Source: an uncultured Pseudomonadales bacterium
GTDB taxonomy: Bacteria; Pseudomonadota; Gammaproteobacteria; Pseudomonadales; JBECKS01
Direction of reading: 5' to 3'
NCBI GenBank assembly: GCA_964557005.1
Contig: CAZKYI010000003.1
Location: 89,911 to 153,910 of the forward strand
DNA length: 64,000 nt
The translations under genes were made by a program, and so were the position numbers. Within the stretch, counting starts at the first letter, position 1; each line of letters opens with the position of its first letter. Positions 20,331-29,044 of this stretch are shown here, piece by piece. Under the pieces are notes generated by a model. That model was not told the origin of the DNA and did no database searches. It saw nothing but the letters and a program-made list of their open reading frames with translations.

Positions 20331-21416
20331 CTATATACGCTTAAGATATTTTTTCAGGGTTTTATTGGATTCAAAAGGTAAAAAACCCAAAGCAAGAAAG
20401 TCGTTTCTTTCAACCAGCCACTTTATAAGAAGTGATGAAAAAATCGCAAGGAACACAGAAAAAATTGCGATAAGAATTTTAATTCCATCATCGGAAAACC
20501 CGCTAGCCAAACTTTGATAAACTTTCTTCTGTATAGGGTAATGAAAAACAAGAATAAACAAACTGCCTTCGCCCATGAGTAACAGAATTTTTCTTAGCCT
20601 TGTATATTTAGAAAGATACCAAGAAAGACTTAGTATGATATAAATTCCAGATATGGCTCCCAAAGTGGCCAAAAATGGTTCCCTGTATACTCTTCTGTTT
20701 AAACCGATATAAGCATCACTGAAAATTGAAATTGATAAAAATAAAATCAGAGCAAAACAAAAAACAAATATGGAATGATGAAATTTTAACAATCTTTTTC
20801 CAAGTAGTTGACCCGAAATAAAAAAAACAGAAGTGATCAGGAGAATATCTATTGAATATGGCAGTCCGTATATATAAAAACGAAAATCCACAACTGTAAC
20901 AGGGATTTTCCAGAACAATCTTATAAAGGTAGCTCCTGCAAGCAGGAATAAAATCAGAATAACTATTTTAAGTAGCGCTGGAACATTCTTAAAATTGGCG
21001 TATTTGTATAAAAAATATGAAAAACAGTAGAGCGCAAATAAATGTGTTAAAAACCACAGCGGTGTCCAATCCAGCCATTTTCCATTCCCATAGAGCAATC
21101 CAATAAGCTGCTTTTCAAAATTCCCTCCAAAATAGATAACCTCTAAAAAAAGCAATGCCAATGTTACCGTAAAATAAGGCTTTAGAAGCGCATCAAATTT
21201 TTTCCATAGAAAAACTCGAGGTGTTGCGAGCCATGTAAAAAAAATTCCGGATAAAAAGAAGAACAACGGCATTCTAAACAGAGACATAGAGTCAATAATC
21301 TCCGGAAAAAACTTCCTCAATGCACTATGATGTACAGCAACCAGCAAAATTGAAATTCCCTTTGCTACATCAATATATTCAACTCTTGCATTTGATTTAT
21401 TAGTCATTATGTCCAT
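20331..21416 (-). CDS. Membrane acyltransferase family 3 (OafA-like)
   Basis: N-terminus EYIDVAKGISILLVAVHH followed by about 10 hydrophobic segments; very AT-rich. Start moved from the track position 21464 to the ATG at 21416, which lies 2 nt after the cysQ stop, to avoid a 46-nt overlap. Confidence 0.7.
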   Translation of the reverse strand: MDIMTNKSNARVEYIDVAKGISILLVAVHHSALRKFFPEIIDSMSLFRMPLFFFLSGIFFTWLATPRVFLWKKFDALLKPYFTVTLALLFLEVIYFGGNFEKQLIGLLYGNGKWLDWTPLWFLTHLFALYCFSYFLYKYANFKNVPALLKIVILILFLLAGATFIRLFWKIPVTVVDFRFYIYGLPYSIDILLITSVFFISGQLLGKRLLKFHHSIFVFCFALILFLSISIFSDAYIGLNRRVYREPFLATLGAISGIYIILSLSWYLSKYTRLRKILLLMGEGSLFILVFHYPIQKKVYQSLASGFSDDGIKILIAIFSVFLAIFSSLLIKWLVERNDFLALGFLPFESNKTLKKYLKRI

Positions 21417-21418
21417 GA

Positions 21419-22273
21419 TTAATACACCTGTGATGCGATTCTTTCCCTCAAAATTTTCCGCCACTGTTCACAATCATCAGCGAGTGCCCAGAAAAAAGGA
21501 TTCAGTAGTGCTTGCTTGTTATTGTATTGCATGGGGTTTAAATCAGGGGTTAGCACTGCGCCGCCTGCTTCTTCGAGCACCACTTGCGCCGCTGCGGTGT
21601 CCCACTCACACGTAGGTGCAAGGCGCGGATAAATATCGGCTTTGCCTTCTGCGAGTGCGCAGAATTTCAAGGAACTGCCCTGATTGATGAGTTCAATATG
21701 CTCACACAGGGTTGTTTTCAAATCTGCCACCAGTGCCTCAAGTGCATCTGAGCCATGTCTTCGGCTGCCCACCACTCTGAGTTTGCCTTGTGCAATACTT
21801 TCGCTTAACGCACGGGTTTTTAGCACGTTTGTTTTTCCATTCACTGTCTTGAATGCACCCATGCCTTTGGCGGCGTAATAACAAGTGCGTGCAGGTGGCA
21901 CATACACCACACCCAATACGCTACGCTTTTGGTGAATCAGCGCAATGTTCACCGTGAATTCGTTATTTTTGGCAAGAAACTCTTTAGTGCCATCGAGTGG
22001 GTCAACCAGCCAATAGCTTTCCCAACTTAATCGTTGTGCCGCGCTGATATTTTTTGATTCCTCGGAAAGAATGGGCAAGTTGCTGATATTTGCCAAACCC
22101 TCACAAATGAAATGATGCGCGGCCAAATCGGCTTGTGTGAGTGGTGAATCGTCTGCCTTGTTGTGTACTTCAATTTGCGACATATCTTGATAAACTGCCA
22201 TAATCTTTTCGGCAGCGCCGCCTGCAATGTGAATCACCTGTTCTAATAATGATTGGCTGATGGGGAGTGACAT
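21419..22273 (-). CDS. cysQ: 3'(2'),5'-bisphosphate nucleotidase
   Basis: Inositol-monophosphatase-family motifs (LSEES, WLVDPLDGTKEF, CEWDTAAAQVVLEEAGG) and typical CysQ length. Confidence 0.85.
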   Translation of the reverse strand: MSLPISQSLLEQVIHIAGGAAEKIMAVYQDMSQIEVHNKADDSPLTQADLAAHHFICEGLANISNLPILSEESKNISAAQRLSWESYWLVDPLDGTKEFLAKNNEFTVNIALIHQKRSVLGVVYVPPARTCYYAAKGMGAFKTVNGKTNVLKTRALSESIAQGKLRVVGSRRHGSDALEALVADLKTTLCEHIELINQGSSLKFCALAEGKADIYPRLAPTCEWDTAAAQVVLEEAGGAVLTPDLNPMQYNNKQALLNPFFWALADDCEQWRKILRERIASQVY

Positions 22274-22360
22274 GGGCGGCCTTTATATTTTCTTCACTGG
22301 CATCGTATAAACTGGAACACCGATTATAGGTGCAAGCACTCTGCTGTAAAACGGTTACTT

Positions 22361-23020
22361 ATGAACAACACGCTACCCTGGCATGAAATTGAAACGGTCT
22401 TGCTCGACATGGACGGCACGCTGCTCGATTTACATTTTGATAATCATTTCTGGCAACAGTTTCTGCCCGAACACTACTCCCAAAAACATGGATTTTCTGA
22501 ACAAAAAAGTTTTTATGATCTTGCAGCTACATTTGCTGCCAAAAAAGGCTCGCTGGATTGGTATTCCGTCGATTACTGGTCAAAAGCGTTTGATCTGGAT
22601 CTTGCCGCACTCAAATTACAACACACGCACAACATTCAATATCGCCCTTATTGCCTTGAGTTTCTGGATTTTTTAAAGCAAAAAAATATTGAGCGCGTGT
22701 TGGTAACCAATGCACACAGAATAAGTCTGGATATTAAAATGCAAACCTGCTCATTGGTGGAATGGATTCCTCATCGCTATTCAAGCCATGATTTTGGTTT
22801 ACCGAAAGAGCACCCCGATTTCTGGCCAATTTTTTCAAAAACTTTTCCATTTAATAAAGAGCGCACGCTGTTTATTGATGACACCGATGCCGTGCTTAAA
22901 TCTGCCGAGCGCTATGGCATTCAACATCTTCGTTCAATCAAGTGGCCAGACAGTACGCAGACAAAACCGAATTCATCTATTTACCCGATGATTGATTCTT
23001 TTCTGGATATTATGGTGTGA
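22361..23020 (+). CDS. HAD-superfamily hydrolase, YrfG-like nucleotidase
   Basis: DMDGTLLD motif I, C-terminal FIDD motif, and a position next to cysQ as in many Gammaproteobacteria. Confidence 0.7.
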   Translation: MNNTLPWHEIETVLLDMDGTLLDLHFDNHFWQQFLPEHYSQKHGFSEQKSFYDLAATFAAKKGSLDWYSVDYWSKAFDLDLAALKLQHTHNIQYRPYCLEFLDFLKQKNIERVLVTNAHRISLDIKMQTCSLVEWIPHRYSSHDFGLPKEHPDFWPIFSKTFPFNKERTLFIDDTDAVLKSAERYGIQHLRSIKWPDSTQTKPNSSIYPMIDSFLDIMV

Positions 23021-23025
23021 TGCCG

Positions 23026-24582
23026 TCAGGAAAACATTTCCCTTAATACAAATTTCTGCACCTTCCCTGTTGCATTCAAAGGCAAACTTTCCAGAAACAC
23101 CACTTTCCTTGGCACTTTATAATTCGCCATCGTTTCCTTGCACCACGCAATAAATGCTTGCTCTGTAATCTGCTTGCCTGCTTTCAGCACAACGCAGGCC
23201 ATCGCGACTTCGCCCATGCGCTCATCAGGCACACCAATCACCGCCACTTGCGCCACTGCTTCGTGCGCACTCATCGCATTTTCAATTTCAGCAGGGTACA
23301 CATTAAACCCGCCAACAATAAACATATCCTTAATACGGTCAGTAATTTTTATGTAGCCCGCTTCGTTCATTACACCAATATCGCCTGTGTGTAACCAGCC
23401 TTCGGCATCAATGGCTTTGCGGGTTTCTGCTTCATTTTGAAAATAACCACGCATCACATTGTACCCGCGCACCACGATTTCACCCGCTTCGCCGCGTGGT
23501 ACTTCTTCACCTTCGCTGTTCACACATTTCACTTCGACATCGGGAATGGCTCTGCCTGAGGTAGAAGCAATCAATTCCGCATCATCACCCTGACGACACA
23601 TGCTCACCACGCCACAACTTTCGGTTAAACCGTAAGCCGTGAGCACCGTATCGAAATGCAATTCATCACGCATGCGATGAATCAGTGACACCGGAATCGC
23701 CGCCGCACCTGTCACCGCCAAACGCAATCCACTTAAATCGTGTTGTTTGAATTCAGGATGTGCCAATATGCTTTGGTAAAGTGTGGGAGGGCCTGGCAAT
23801 ACTGTGACTTTATCCCTGGCGATGCGCTTCATCACTTCCGCCGCATCAAATACCGCATGGGGAAGCACACAGGCACCTGTAATCAAACACGCCAGCCAAC
23901 CTGCCTTGTAACCAAAACTGTGAAAAAACGGATTCACGATTAAATAACGATCATCGGCATGCAAGCCCACCACTTCACTCCACACACTGAACACCTTGAT
24001 GTTTTGTTCGTGTGTGCTCATCACCCCTTTGGGGTGGCCAGTGGTGCCTGATGTAAATAACAAATCCGCCAAATCGGACGCTTGCACCTGCGCTTCGGCG
24101 CTTTCAAGTTGTTCATTGCCAATATTTTCACCAGCCGCCAAAAAACTTTCCCAGCTTGTGTGCGAGCCTGTGTTACCACGCATCACCACAATTTTTTCAA
24201 GCGCTGGCAAGCTTTCATTCACCAACATGGCAGGGTAATCAAAGCCCAGAAAACCACTCACGGTACATAAAATTTTTGTGCCGCTGGTGTTTAGCACATA
24301 AGCCGCTTCGCTGCCTTTCATGCGCGTGTTCACAGGCACCAGCACCGCACCCACACTTTGCAAACCCAATGTGGCGACAATCCATTCGTGAATGTTGGGT
24401 GCCCACACCGCAATCCTGTCGCCCTTTTTCACACCCGCCGCCAGAAACGCTTTGGCCGCACGCACGCGCATGGCCTCTAATTGTGCAAAGCTGATAAGCT
24501 TGCCCTCGTCTTCTATGGCGTGTTTATCGGGGCTGATGTGTGCCCGTGTTTTAAGCAGGTCTGGAATGCGTTTTGCGTGCAT
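23026..24582 (-). CDS. AMP-dependent acyl-CoA ligase, FadD3/ScdA-like (candidate HIP-CoA ligase)
   Basis: Adenylate-forming motifs LFTSGTTGHPKGV, YGLTE, TGDIG and PLNATGKVQK. The specific substrate is inferred from cluster context only. Confidence 0.7.
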   Translation of the reverse strand: MHAKRIPDLLKTRAHISPDKHAIEDEGKLISFAQLEAMRVRAAKAFLAAGVKKGDRIAVWAPNIHEWIVATLGLQSVGAVLVPVNTRMKGSEAAYVLNTSGTKILCTVSGFLGFDYPAMLVNESLPALEKIVVMRGNTGSHTSWESFLAAGENIGNEQLESAEAQVQASDLADLLFTSGTTGHPKGVMSTHEQNIKVFSVWSEVVGLHADDRYLIVNPFFHSFGYKAGWLACLITGACVLPHAVFDAAEVMKRIARDKVTVLPGPPTLYQSILAHPEFKQHDLSGLRLAVTGAAAIPVSLIHRMRDELHFDTVLTAYGLTESCGVVSMCRQGDDAELIASTSGRAIPDVEVKCVNSEGEEVPRGEAGEIVVRGYNVMRGYFQNEAETRKAIDAEGWLHTGDIGVMNEAGYIKITDRIKDMFIVGGFNVYPAEIENAMSAHEAVAQVAVIGVPDERMGEVAMACVVLKAGKQITEQAFIAWCKETMANYKVPRKVVFLESLPLNATGKVQKFVLREMFS

Positions 24583-24719
24583 GGCGGTGTTGTTATTTTT
24601 CAGAGCGTTTCAGTTTGCGCAGTGTAGGCCAAACCGAAAGTGCCTCAAAACACCCTTTTGGGTGATGATATTGCACGCTCAGGCACGCCTAATAGCCGCA
24701 TCACATAACAGGAATTCGT

Positions 24720-25514
24720 ATGACACACACTTACCACACGCTGAAATTTTCCATTGAGCAGGGCGTTGCCAGCATCATTCTCAATCGCCCCGAAGCCGCC
24801 AATGGCCTGAACATGGAACTCGGACGTGAGTTAATGCTGGCCAGCATCGAAGCCAGCGAGCACCCCGAAGTGCGTGCGGTGCTGCTCAGTGCCGAAGGCA
24901 AGATGTTTTGTGCAGGCGGCGATTTGAAAGCCTTTGCTGCCTATGGCGATGCGCTGCCGCAAGCCATTAAGGAACTTGCCGCTTATTTGCACAGCGCCAT
25001 CAGCCGTTTAAACCGTATGCAAGCGCCGTTAATTATTGCAGTGAACGGTATGGCCGCAGGCGCAGGCATGAGCCTCGCTGTGTGTGGCGATGTGGTGCTG
25101 GCAGCACGTTCTGCCAAATTCACCATGGCCTATACTGCCGCAGGGCTTTCACCCGATGGCGGCGCATCTTTTTTCCTGCCACGTTTGATTGGCTTACGCA
25201 AAGCACAGGAACTCATGCTCACCAATCGCAGGCTTTCTGCACAGGAAGCGCTCGATTGGGGCTTGATCACGCAGGTGGTCGATGACGATGCCCTGTTGCG
25301 TGAAGCGCAAGCACTCGCACAACAATTAGCTCAAGGTGCTACGCAAGCGTTTGGCACTGTAAAACACTTGCTCAACCAGAGTTTTAACAACACGCTTGAA
25401 ACACAGATGGAACTGGAAGCACAGGGCATTACCCAAATGACCAAAACGCAAGATGGTAAAGAAGGCATTACTGCCTTTTTGGAAAAACGCAGCGCCAACT
25501 TTTCAGGCAAATAA
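24720..25514 (+). CDS. Enoyl-CoA hydratase/isomerase
   Basis: Crotonase motifs FCAGGDLK and AVNGMAAGAG. Confidence 0.8.
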   Translation: MTHTYHTLKFSIEQGVASIILNRPEAANGLNMELGRELMLASIEASEHPEVRAVLLSAEGKMFCAGGDLKAFAAYGDALPQAIKELAAYLHSAISRLNRMQAPLIIAVNGMAAGAGMSLAVCGDVVLAARSAKFTMAYTAAGLSPDGGASFFLPRLIGLRKAQELMLTNRRLSAQEALDWGLITQVVDDDALLREAQALAQQLAQGATQAFGTVKHLLNQSFNNTLETQMELEAQGITQMTKTQDGKEGITAFLEKRSANFSGK

Positions 25515-25533
25515 ACTTTTAGCAGGTATTGAT

Positions 25534-26319
25534 GTGAGCGACTTACAAAAAACTCTGGATTTTTCGGGACTTACCGTTCTGGTTACGGGTGGTGGCAAGG
25601 GTGTCGGTTTGGGCATCAGCAAACGCTTTTTAAGCTGCGGCGCGAATGTGGTGTTTTGTGGCAGAAACACACCCGAAAGCTTGCCCAAAGTTGGCAGCAA
25701 CCAGGCGGTGTTTAAAGCCTGCGATGTGCGCGACCCCGAACAAACGCAGGCCTTGATTGATTTTTGTGTTACGCAATTTGGTCGGCTGGATGTTCTGGTT
25801 AATAACGCAGGTGGCGCACCCTTTGCCGATGCTGCAACCGCTTCACCGCGTTTTTCTGAATCGATTATTCGCCTGAATTTATTGGCTCCCTTGAATTTGG
25901 CACAAGCCGCCAATGCGGTGATGCAAACACAGGAAAGCGGCGGCGTAATCATCAACATCGCCAGCGTGAGTGGCGTGCGCCCTTCCCCTGGCACCGCCGC
26001 TTATGGTGCAGCGAAAGCGGGCTTGCTTAACCTCACCACTTCGCTTGCAGTGGAATGGGCACCAAAAGTTCGTGTCAACAGTATAACCGCAGGCTTAATC
26101 AGGACAGAACAAAGTCATTTACATTATGGTGATGAAGCAGGCGTGGCAGCCGTTGCTGCCACCGTGCCACTCGGCAGAATGGCGGTGCCTGAGGATATTG
26201 GTGATGCCTGTTTGTTTTTAGCTTCACCGCTGGCCAGCTATATCAGCGGCAGCAGCATTACCTTGCATGGTGGTGGGGAGAAGCCCGCGTTTCTGGAAGC
26301 GGCGAAGGCGAAGGAATAA
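25534..26319 (+). CDS. Short-chain dehydrogenase/reductase
   Basis: Motifs TGGGKGVG, NNAG and YGAAKAG. The track start at 25453 would overlap the upstream gene by 62 nt, so I prefer the in-frame GTG at 25534. Confidence 0.75.
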   Translation: MSDLQKTLDFSGLTVLVTGGGKGVGLGISKRFLSCGANVVFCGRNTPESLPKVGSNQAVFKACDVRDPEQTQALIDFCVTQFGRLDVLVNNAGGAPFADAATASPRFSESIIRLNLLAPLNLAQAANAVMQTQESGGVIINIASVSGVRPSPGTAAYGAAKAGLLNLTTSLAVEWAPKVRVNSITAGLIRTEQSHLHYGDEAGVAAVAATVPLGRMAVPEDIGDACLFLASPLASYISGSSITLHGGGEKPAFLEAAKAKE

Positions 26320-26351
26320 TGATTTTCTCCTTTGCCTTTTGAGTCGCAACT

Positions 26352-26395
26352 GTCATTTCGACTGGAGTTGACGAGTCAACGCAATGGAGAAATCT
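26352..26395 (+). repeat. REP/MITE-like palindromic element (GTCATTTCGACTGGAGTTGACGAGTCAACGCAATGGAGAAATCT)
   Basis: Contains an internal GTTGAC..GTCAAC palindrome. A second copy, roughly 85 percent identical by eye, lies inverted at 43416-43461. Confidence 0.65.
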
Positions 26396-26422
26396 TATGG
26401 TTCTATATCCAAAAGTCCAAAG

Positions 26423-26713
26423 TTATTGGCGGTTATTGTATCCATCAACTTTGTTAACAAGGTTCGTAATGTGATCATAAAGGGTTTTTGCCTCTTGCTG
26501 AATTTCATACGAACGGCGACTAACAAATGTGACACCATGAGTCTGGACAATCAAAACCCTCCACTTACCCTGGCTACTCTCTTCTTCTATTATTACTCTG
26601 CTTATATTAAGTGGGGTTTGTGTATGAGCAACACTATCAAGAGCACATACATATTGGTTTCCACCGTCCAAATCTACAACAACATCATCAAAAGGTTGCT
26701 TATTGTCACACAT
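26423..26713 (-). CDS. Hypothetical small protein (96 aa)
   Basis: Same orientation as the upstream coiled-coil and lipoprotein genes, with ordinary soluble-protein composition. It competes with an antisense ORF at 26384-26776. Confidence 0.4.
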   Translation of the reverse strand: MCDNKQPFDDVVVDLDGGNQYVCALDSVAHTQTPLNISRVIIEEESSQGKWRVLIVQTHGVTFVSRRSYEIQQEAKTLYDHITNLVNKVDGYNNRQ

Positions 26714-26793
26714 CTCATTTCTCCAAGTTTAGTGATTTTGCCATACGGCTTGAAAGTTAATTATTTAGTTTTTTGACTCATAGCAGCGAAACC

Positions 26794-26952
26794 TCACCGC
26801 CACACCATCTCACCCCAAGTCACATTATCCCAACGCTGTTCGGGTGGAATAATTTCCTTTGGAACGGGTTCTTCTTTAGGCGTGGTACTACTACCGCCGC
26901 TCCCGCAGGCAGTAATTAAAAAGATGCACCCAATCAATAACAAATATCTCAT
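26794..26952 (-). CDS. Small lipoprotein (52 aa), not in the ORF track
   Basis: Own translation: MRYLLLIGCIFLITACGSGGSSTTPKEEPVPKEIIPPEQRWDNVTWGEMVWR, with lipobox LITAC. Its ATG overlaps the TGA of the upstream gene (ATGA), which suggests translational coupling. Confidence 0.6.
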   Translation of the reverse strand: MRYLLLIGCIFLITACGSGGSSTTPKEEPVPKEIIPPEQRWDNVTWGEMVWR

Positions 26953-28076
26953 GGGGTCACCTCTTCAATTTTTATGTAGCTAATAGCCTGATTTACTTTT
27001 GATATAAAGTCTTCGTCCACATTAAAATCTTGCATAATCTCTTCTTCGCTTATATCAAAAGAAGATTCTGAAGAAAGATTACTTTGATATTGATGGACGT
27101 GGGGTATCGGAAAACGAACTAACATACTGCCAATTTCTATTGATACGCCTCCTGCGAAAATCGAACTAAAATACATAAAACGTAGCGACTGCTGATAAGT
27201 ATGATATGGGCTAATTTCAACGTGTTTATAAATATCAATGATTGCTCTATAGCCAGAAATTCTAAAATCATCAAAACATAAATTTGAGTCATAGAAGACG
27301 GATAAAGCACCATTATCGTACCCAATCAGCAAGGGGAAAGTTATTACATAAACTTTTCCTGTTTTAAAATCTTTTAAAGGGAATTTCACTATTCTAAGAA
27401 CACTTTCTCCACTATCAGGACCAATAATATCGCCAGGCAAAGCTGGTTGATAACTGTATGTAAATAGATCCATAGGGGTTTTTGAGTGACCGTAGTCACC
27501 TGCATAACAATTACTTTCCTGAGACTGATTTTCCAACGTCACCACTCTTTCACCCAAATCGTCCACTGCATCTATGGTTAAATTCAAAGCGTTATTGACA
27601 GACTGAATATTGGAATTTAATTGAGTGTTTTCGGATTGCAGAGATGAAACATCATCCACCACCGAAGACAGCACATCTTCTACGGAACTTATGTCGGACT
27701 GTAGGGTGGTAATGTTGTTTTCAATGGCAGTGATGTTGTCTGCTGATGCTGACGTGGTGGTTTCAAGGTCAGCCACTGCTGATTCCAGACCAGACACAGT
27801 GGATTGCATGGTGGCAATGTCATCTTCAATGGTGGTAATCGCTGTATCTATTCCATCAATGGCTGTTTCAACGGTATCCATTTTGCCTTGAAGCTCATCA
27901 GTGTCTGTTTGAACAGACTCAATCGCGGTGTTGCTTGTGTTGATGCGGTTATCCAGATGCGTGAAGTTTTCATTCACATGAGCAGCTACTGCGGGTTGGT
28001 CTGCCTTGAAGGTGTGGGGAACACCGGCAGAGGCAAGGCTTGACATAAGAATCAGGGGAATAATTAAGTTTTTCAT
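26949..28076 (-). CDS. Secreted protein: about 150 aa of Thr/Ser/Asp-rich coiled coil plus an unknown C-terminal domain
   Basis: Signal peptide MKNLIIPLILMSSLASAG. Periodic repeats (TAIESVQTDTDELQGKMDTVETAIDGIDTAITTIEDDIATMQSTVSGLESAVADLE...) resemble fibre or stalk proteins. AT-rich. Confidence 0.7.
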   Translation of the reverse strand: MKNLIIPLILMSSLASAGVPHTFKADQPAVAAHVNENFTHLDNRINTSNTAIESVQTDTDELQGKMDTVETAIDGIDTAITTIEDDIATMQSTVSGLESAVADLETTTSASADNITAIENNITTLQSDISSVEDVLSSVVDDVSSLQSENTQLNSNIQSVNNALNLTIDAVDDLGERVVTLENQSQESNCYAGDYGHSKTPMDLFTYSYQPALPGDIIGPDSGESVLRIVKFPLKDFKTGKVYVITFPLLIGYDNGALSVFYDSNLCFDDFRISGYRAIIDIYKHVEISPYHTYQQSLRFMYFSSIFAGGVSIEIGSMLVRFPIPHVHQYQSNLSSESSFDISEEEIMQDFNVDEDFISKVNQAISYIKIEEVTP

Positions 28077-28152
28077 GTTTTGGCTCTTAAACTTGTGGGT
28101 TTTTTATAGTTGTTCTCTTTTGACAAACTAAAGACCTGAAAACTTGACCAAT

Positions 28153-28164
28153 AGTTACGTAACT
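28153..28164. promoter_or_regulatory. Perfect 12-bp palindrome AGTTACGTAACT, with an extra half-site AGTTACG at 28218-28224; candidate XRE operator
   Basis: Lies in the divergent promoter region between the coiled-coil operon (start 28076) and the XRE gene (start 28259). Confidence 0.45.
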
Positions 28165-28258
28165 GAATACTACCCAAAATGTCGTTTTTATGTAATTAGT
28201 TATGTTAAAAATAAGGCAGTTACGACGCTTATAACCAATCAGCGTATATTTCTTGGCC

Positions 28259-28645
28259 ATGACAGATGCCAAGAAAAAGTTCGCCACTCAGCTTAAGGAA
28301 GCCATGCTGGCAGCAGGTTACAAACCCAAACCTGCGGTGCTGGAACGGGAATTTAACCTGCGCTATTTGGGCAGCCCCATGACCTTGCATGGTGTTCGGC
28401 GCTGGTTACTGGGTGAAACACTTCCCTCACCCGACAAGATTGTTGTACTGGCCAAATGGTTGAACATTGAGCCGCATGTACTGCGCGATGGCGAAGAAAT
28501 CAGCAACGAAATAAAGGCCAAACGCCAACGCTGGGACGATGGTCTGGATCACCGCGAAAGGGAAATCATTGAAGTGTTCCTGCAACTGCCTTTGCAGCAG
28601 AAAAAAATCATCCGTGAAGTAATCCTTGCGTTTGCCAAGGCGTGA
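28259..28645 (+). CDS. XRE/Cro-like helix-turn-helix transcriptional regulator
   Basis: HTH segment FATQLKEAMLAAGYKP...LHGVRRWLLGETLPSPDKIVVLAKWLNIEP. The track start at 28253 is TTG, so I prefer the ATG at 28259. Confidence 0.65.
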   Translation: MTDAKKKFATQLKEAMLAAGYKPKPAVLEREFNLRYLGSPMTLHGVRRWLLGETLPSPDKIVVLAKWLNIEPHVLRDGEEISNEIKAKRQRWDDGLDHREREIIEVFLQLPLQQKKIIREVILAFAKA

Positions 28646-28720
28646 TTCAGATTCCCTGATAAACCTGTTACGCTTTTCAACGGATTTTCTATAACATTTG
28701 GCTTACAGGAGGTATCAGCT

Positions 28721-28981
28721 ATGAACAAGCAACCCAATCCTGAACTGATTGACGATGACAACCCTGAATGGACAGAAGATATGTTTGCCCGCGCACGGTT
28801 TGGTACGGCGGCTGCTAAACGTGGACGACCACTTGGTAGTAACAAGGTTTCCACAACTATCCGATTTGATCAGGACGTGCTGGAGGCATTCCGTGATGCT
28901 GGCCCTGGCTGGCAATCGCGTATGAACGATGCACTGCGGGATTGGTTAAAACAGCACCCGCAGCAACGCAGTGCTTCCTGA
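28721..28981 (+). CDS. BrnA-family antitoxin-like protein
   Basis: Pattern DDDNPEWTEDMFARA...GRPLGSNKVSTTIRFDQDVLEAFRDAGPGWQSRMNDALRDWL is characteristic of BrnA. Strong AGGAGG ribosome-binding site upstream. Confidence 0.7.
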   Translation: MNKQPNPELIDDDNPEWTEDMFARARFGTAAAKRGRPLGSNKVSTTIRFDQDVLEAFRDAGPGWQSRMNDALRDWLKQHPQQRSAS

Positions 28982-29044
28982 TGATTCACCCACTGGTGTG
29001 ATTACAAAGATTAGAAGGAAAATAACAAATGCCCGATTTTGACG

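Noticed and set aside
26384-26776. 130-aa plus-strand ORF that could be a small membrane protein
   Set aside because: It starts inside the REP element, has an odd Phe/Tyr/Ile-rich composition typical of AT-rich noise, and is antisense to a co-oriented 96-aa ORF. Neither ORF is certain, and I kept the minus-strand one at low confidence.
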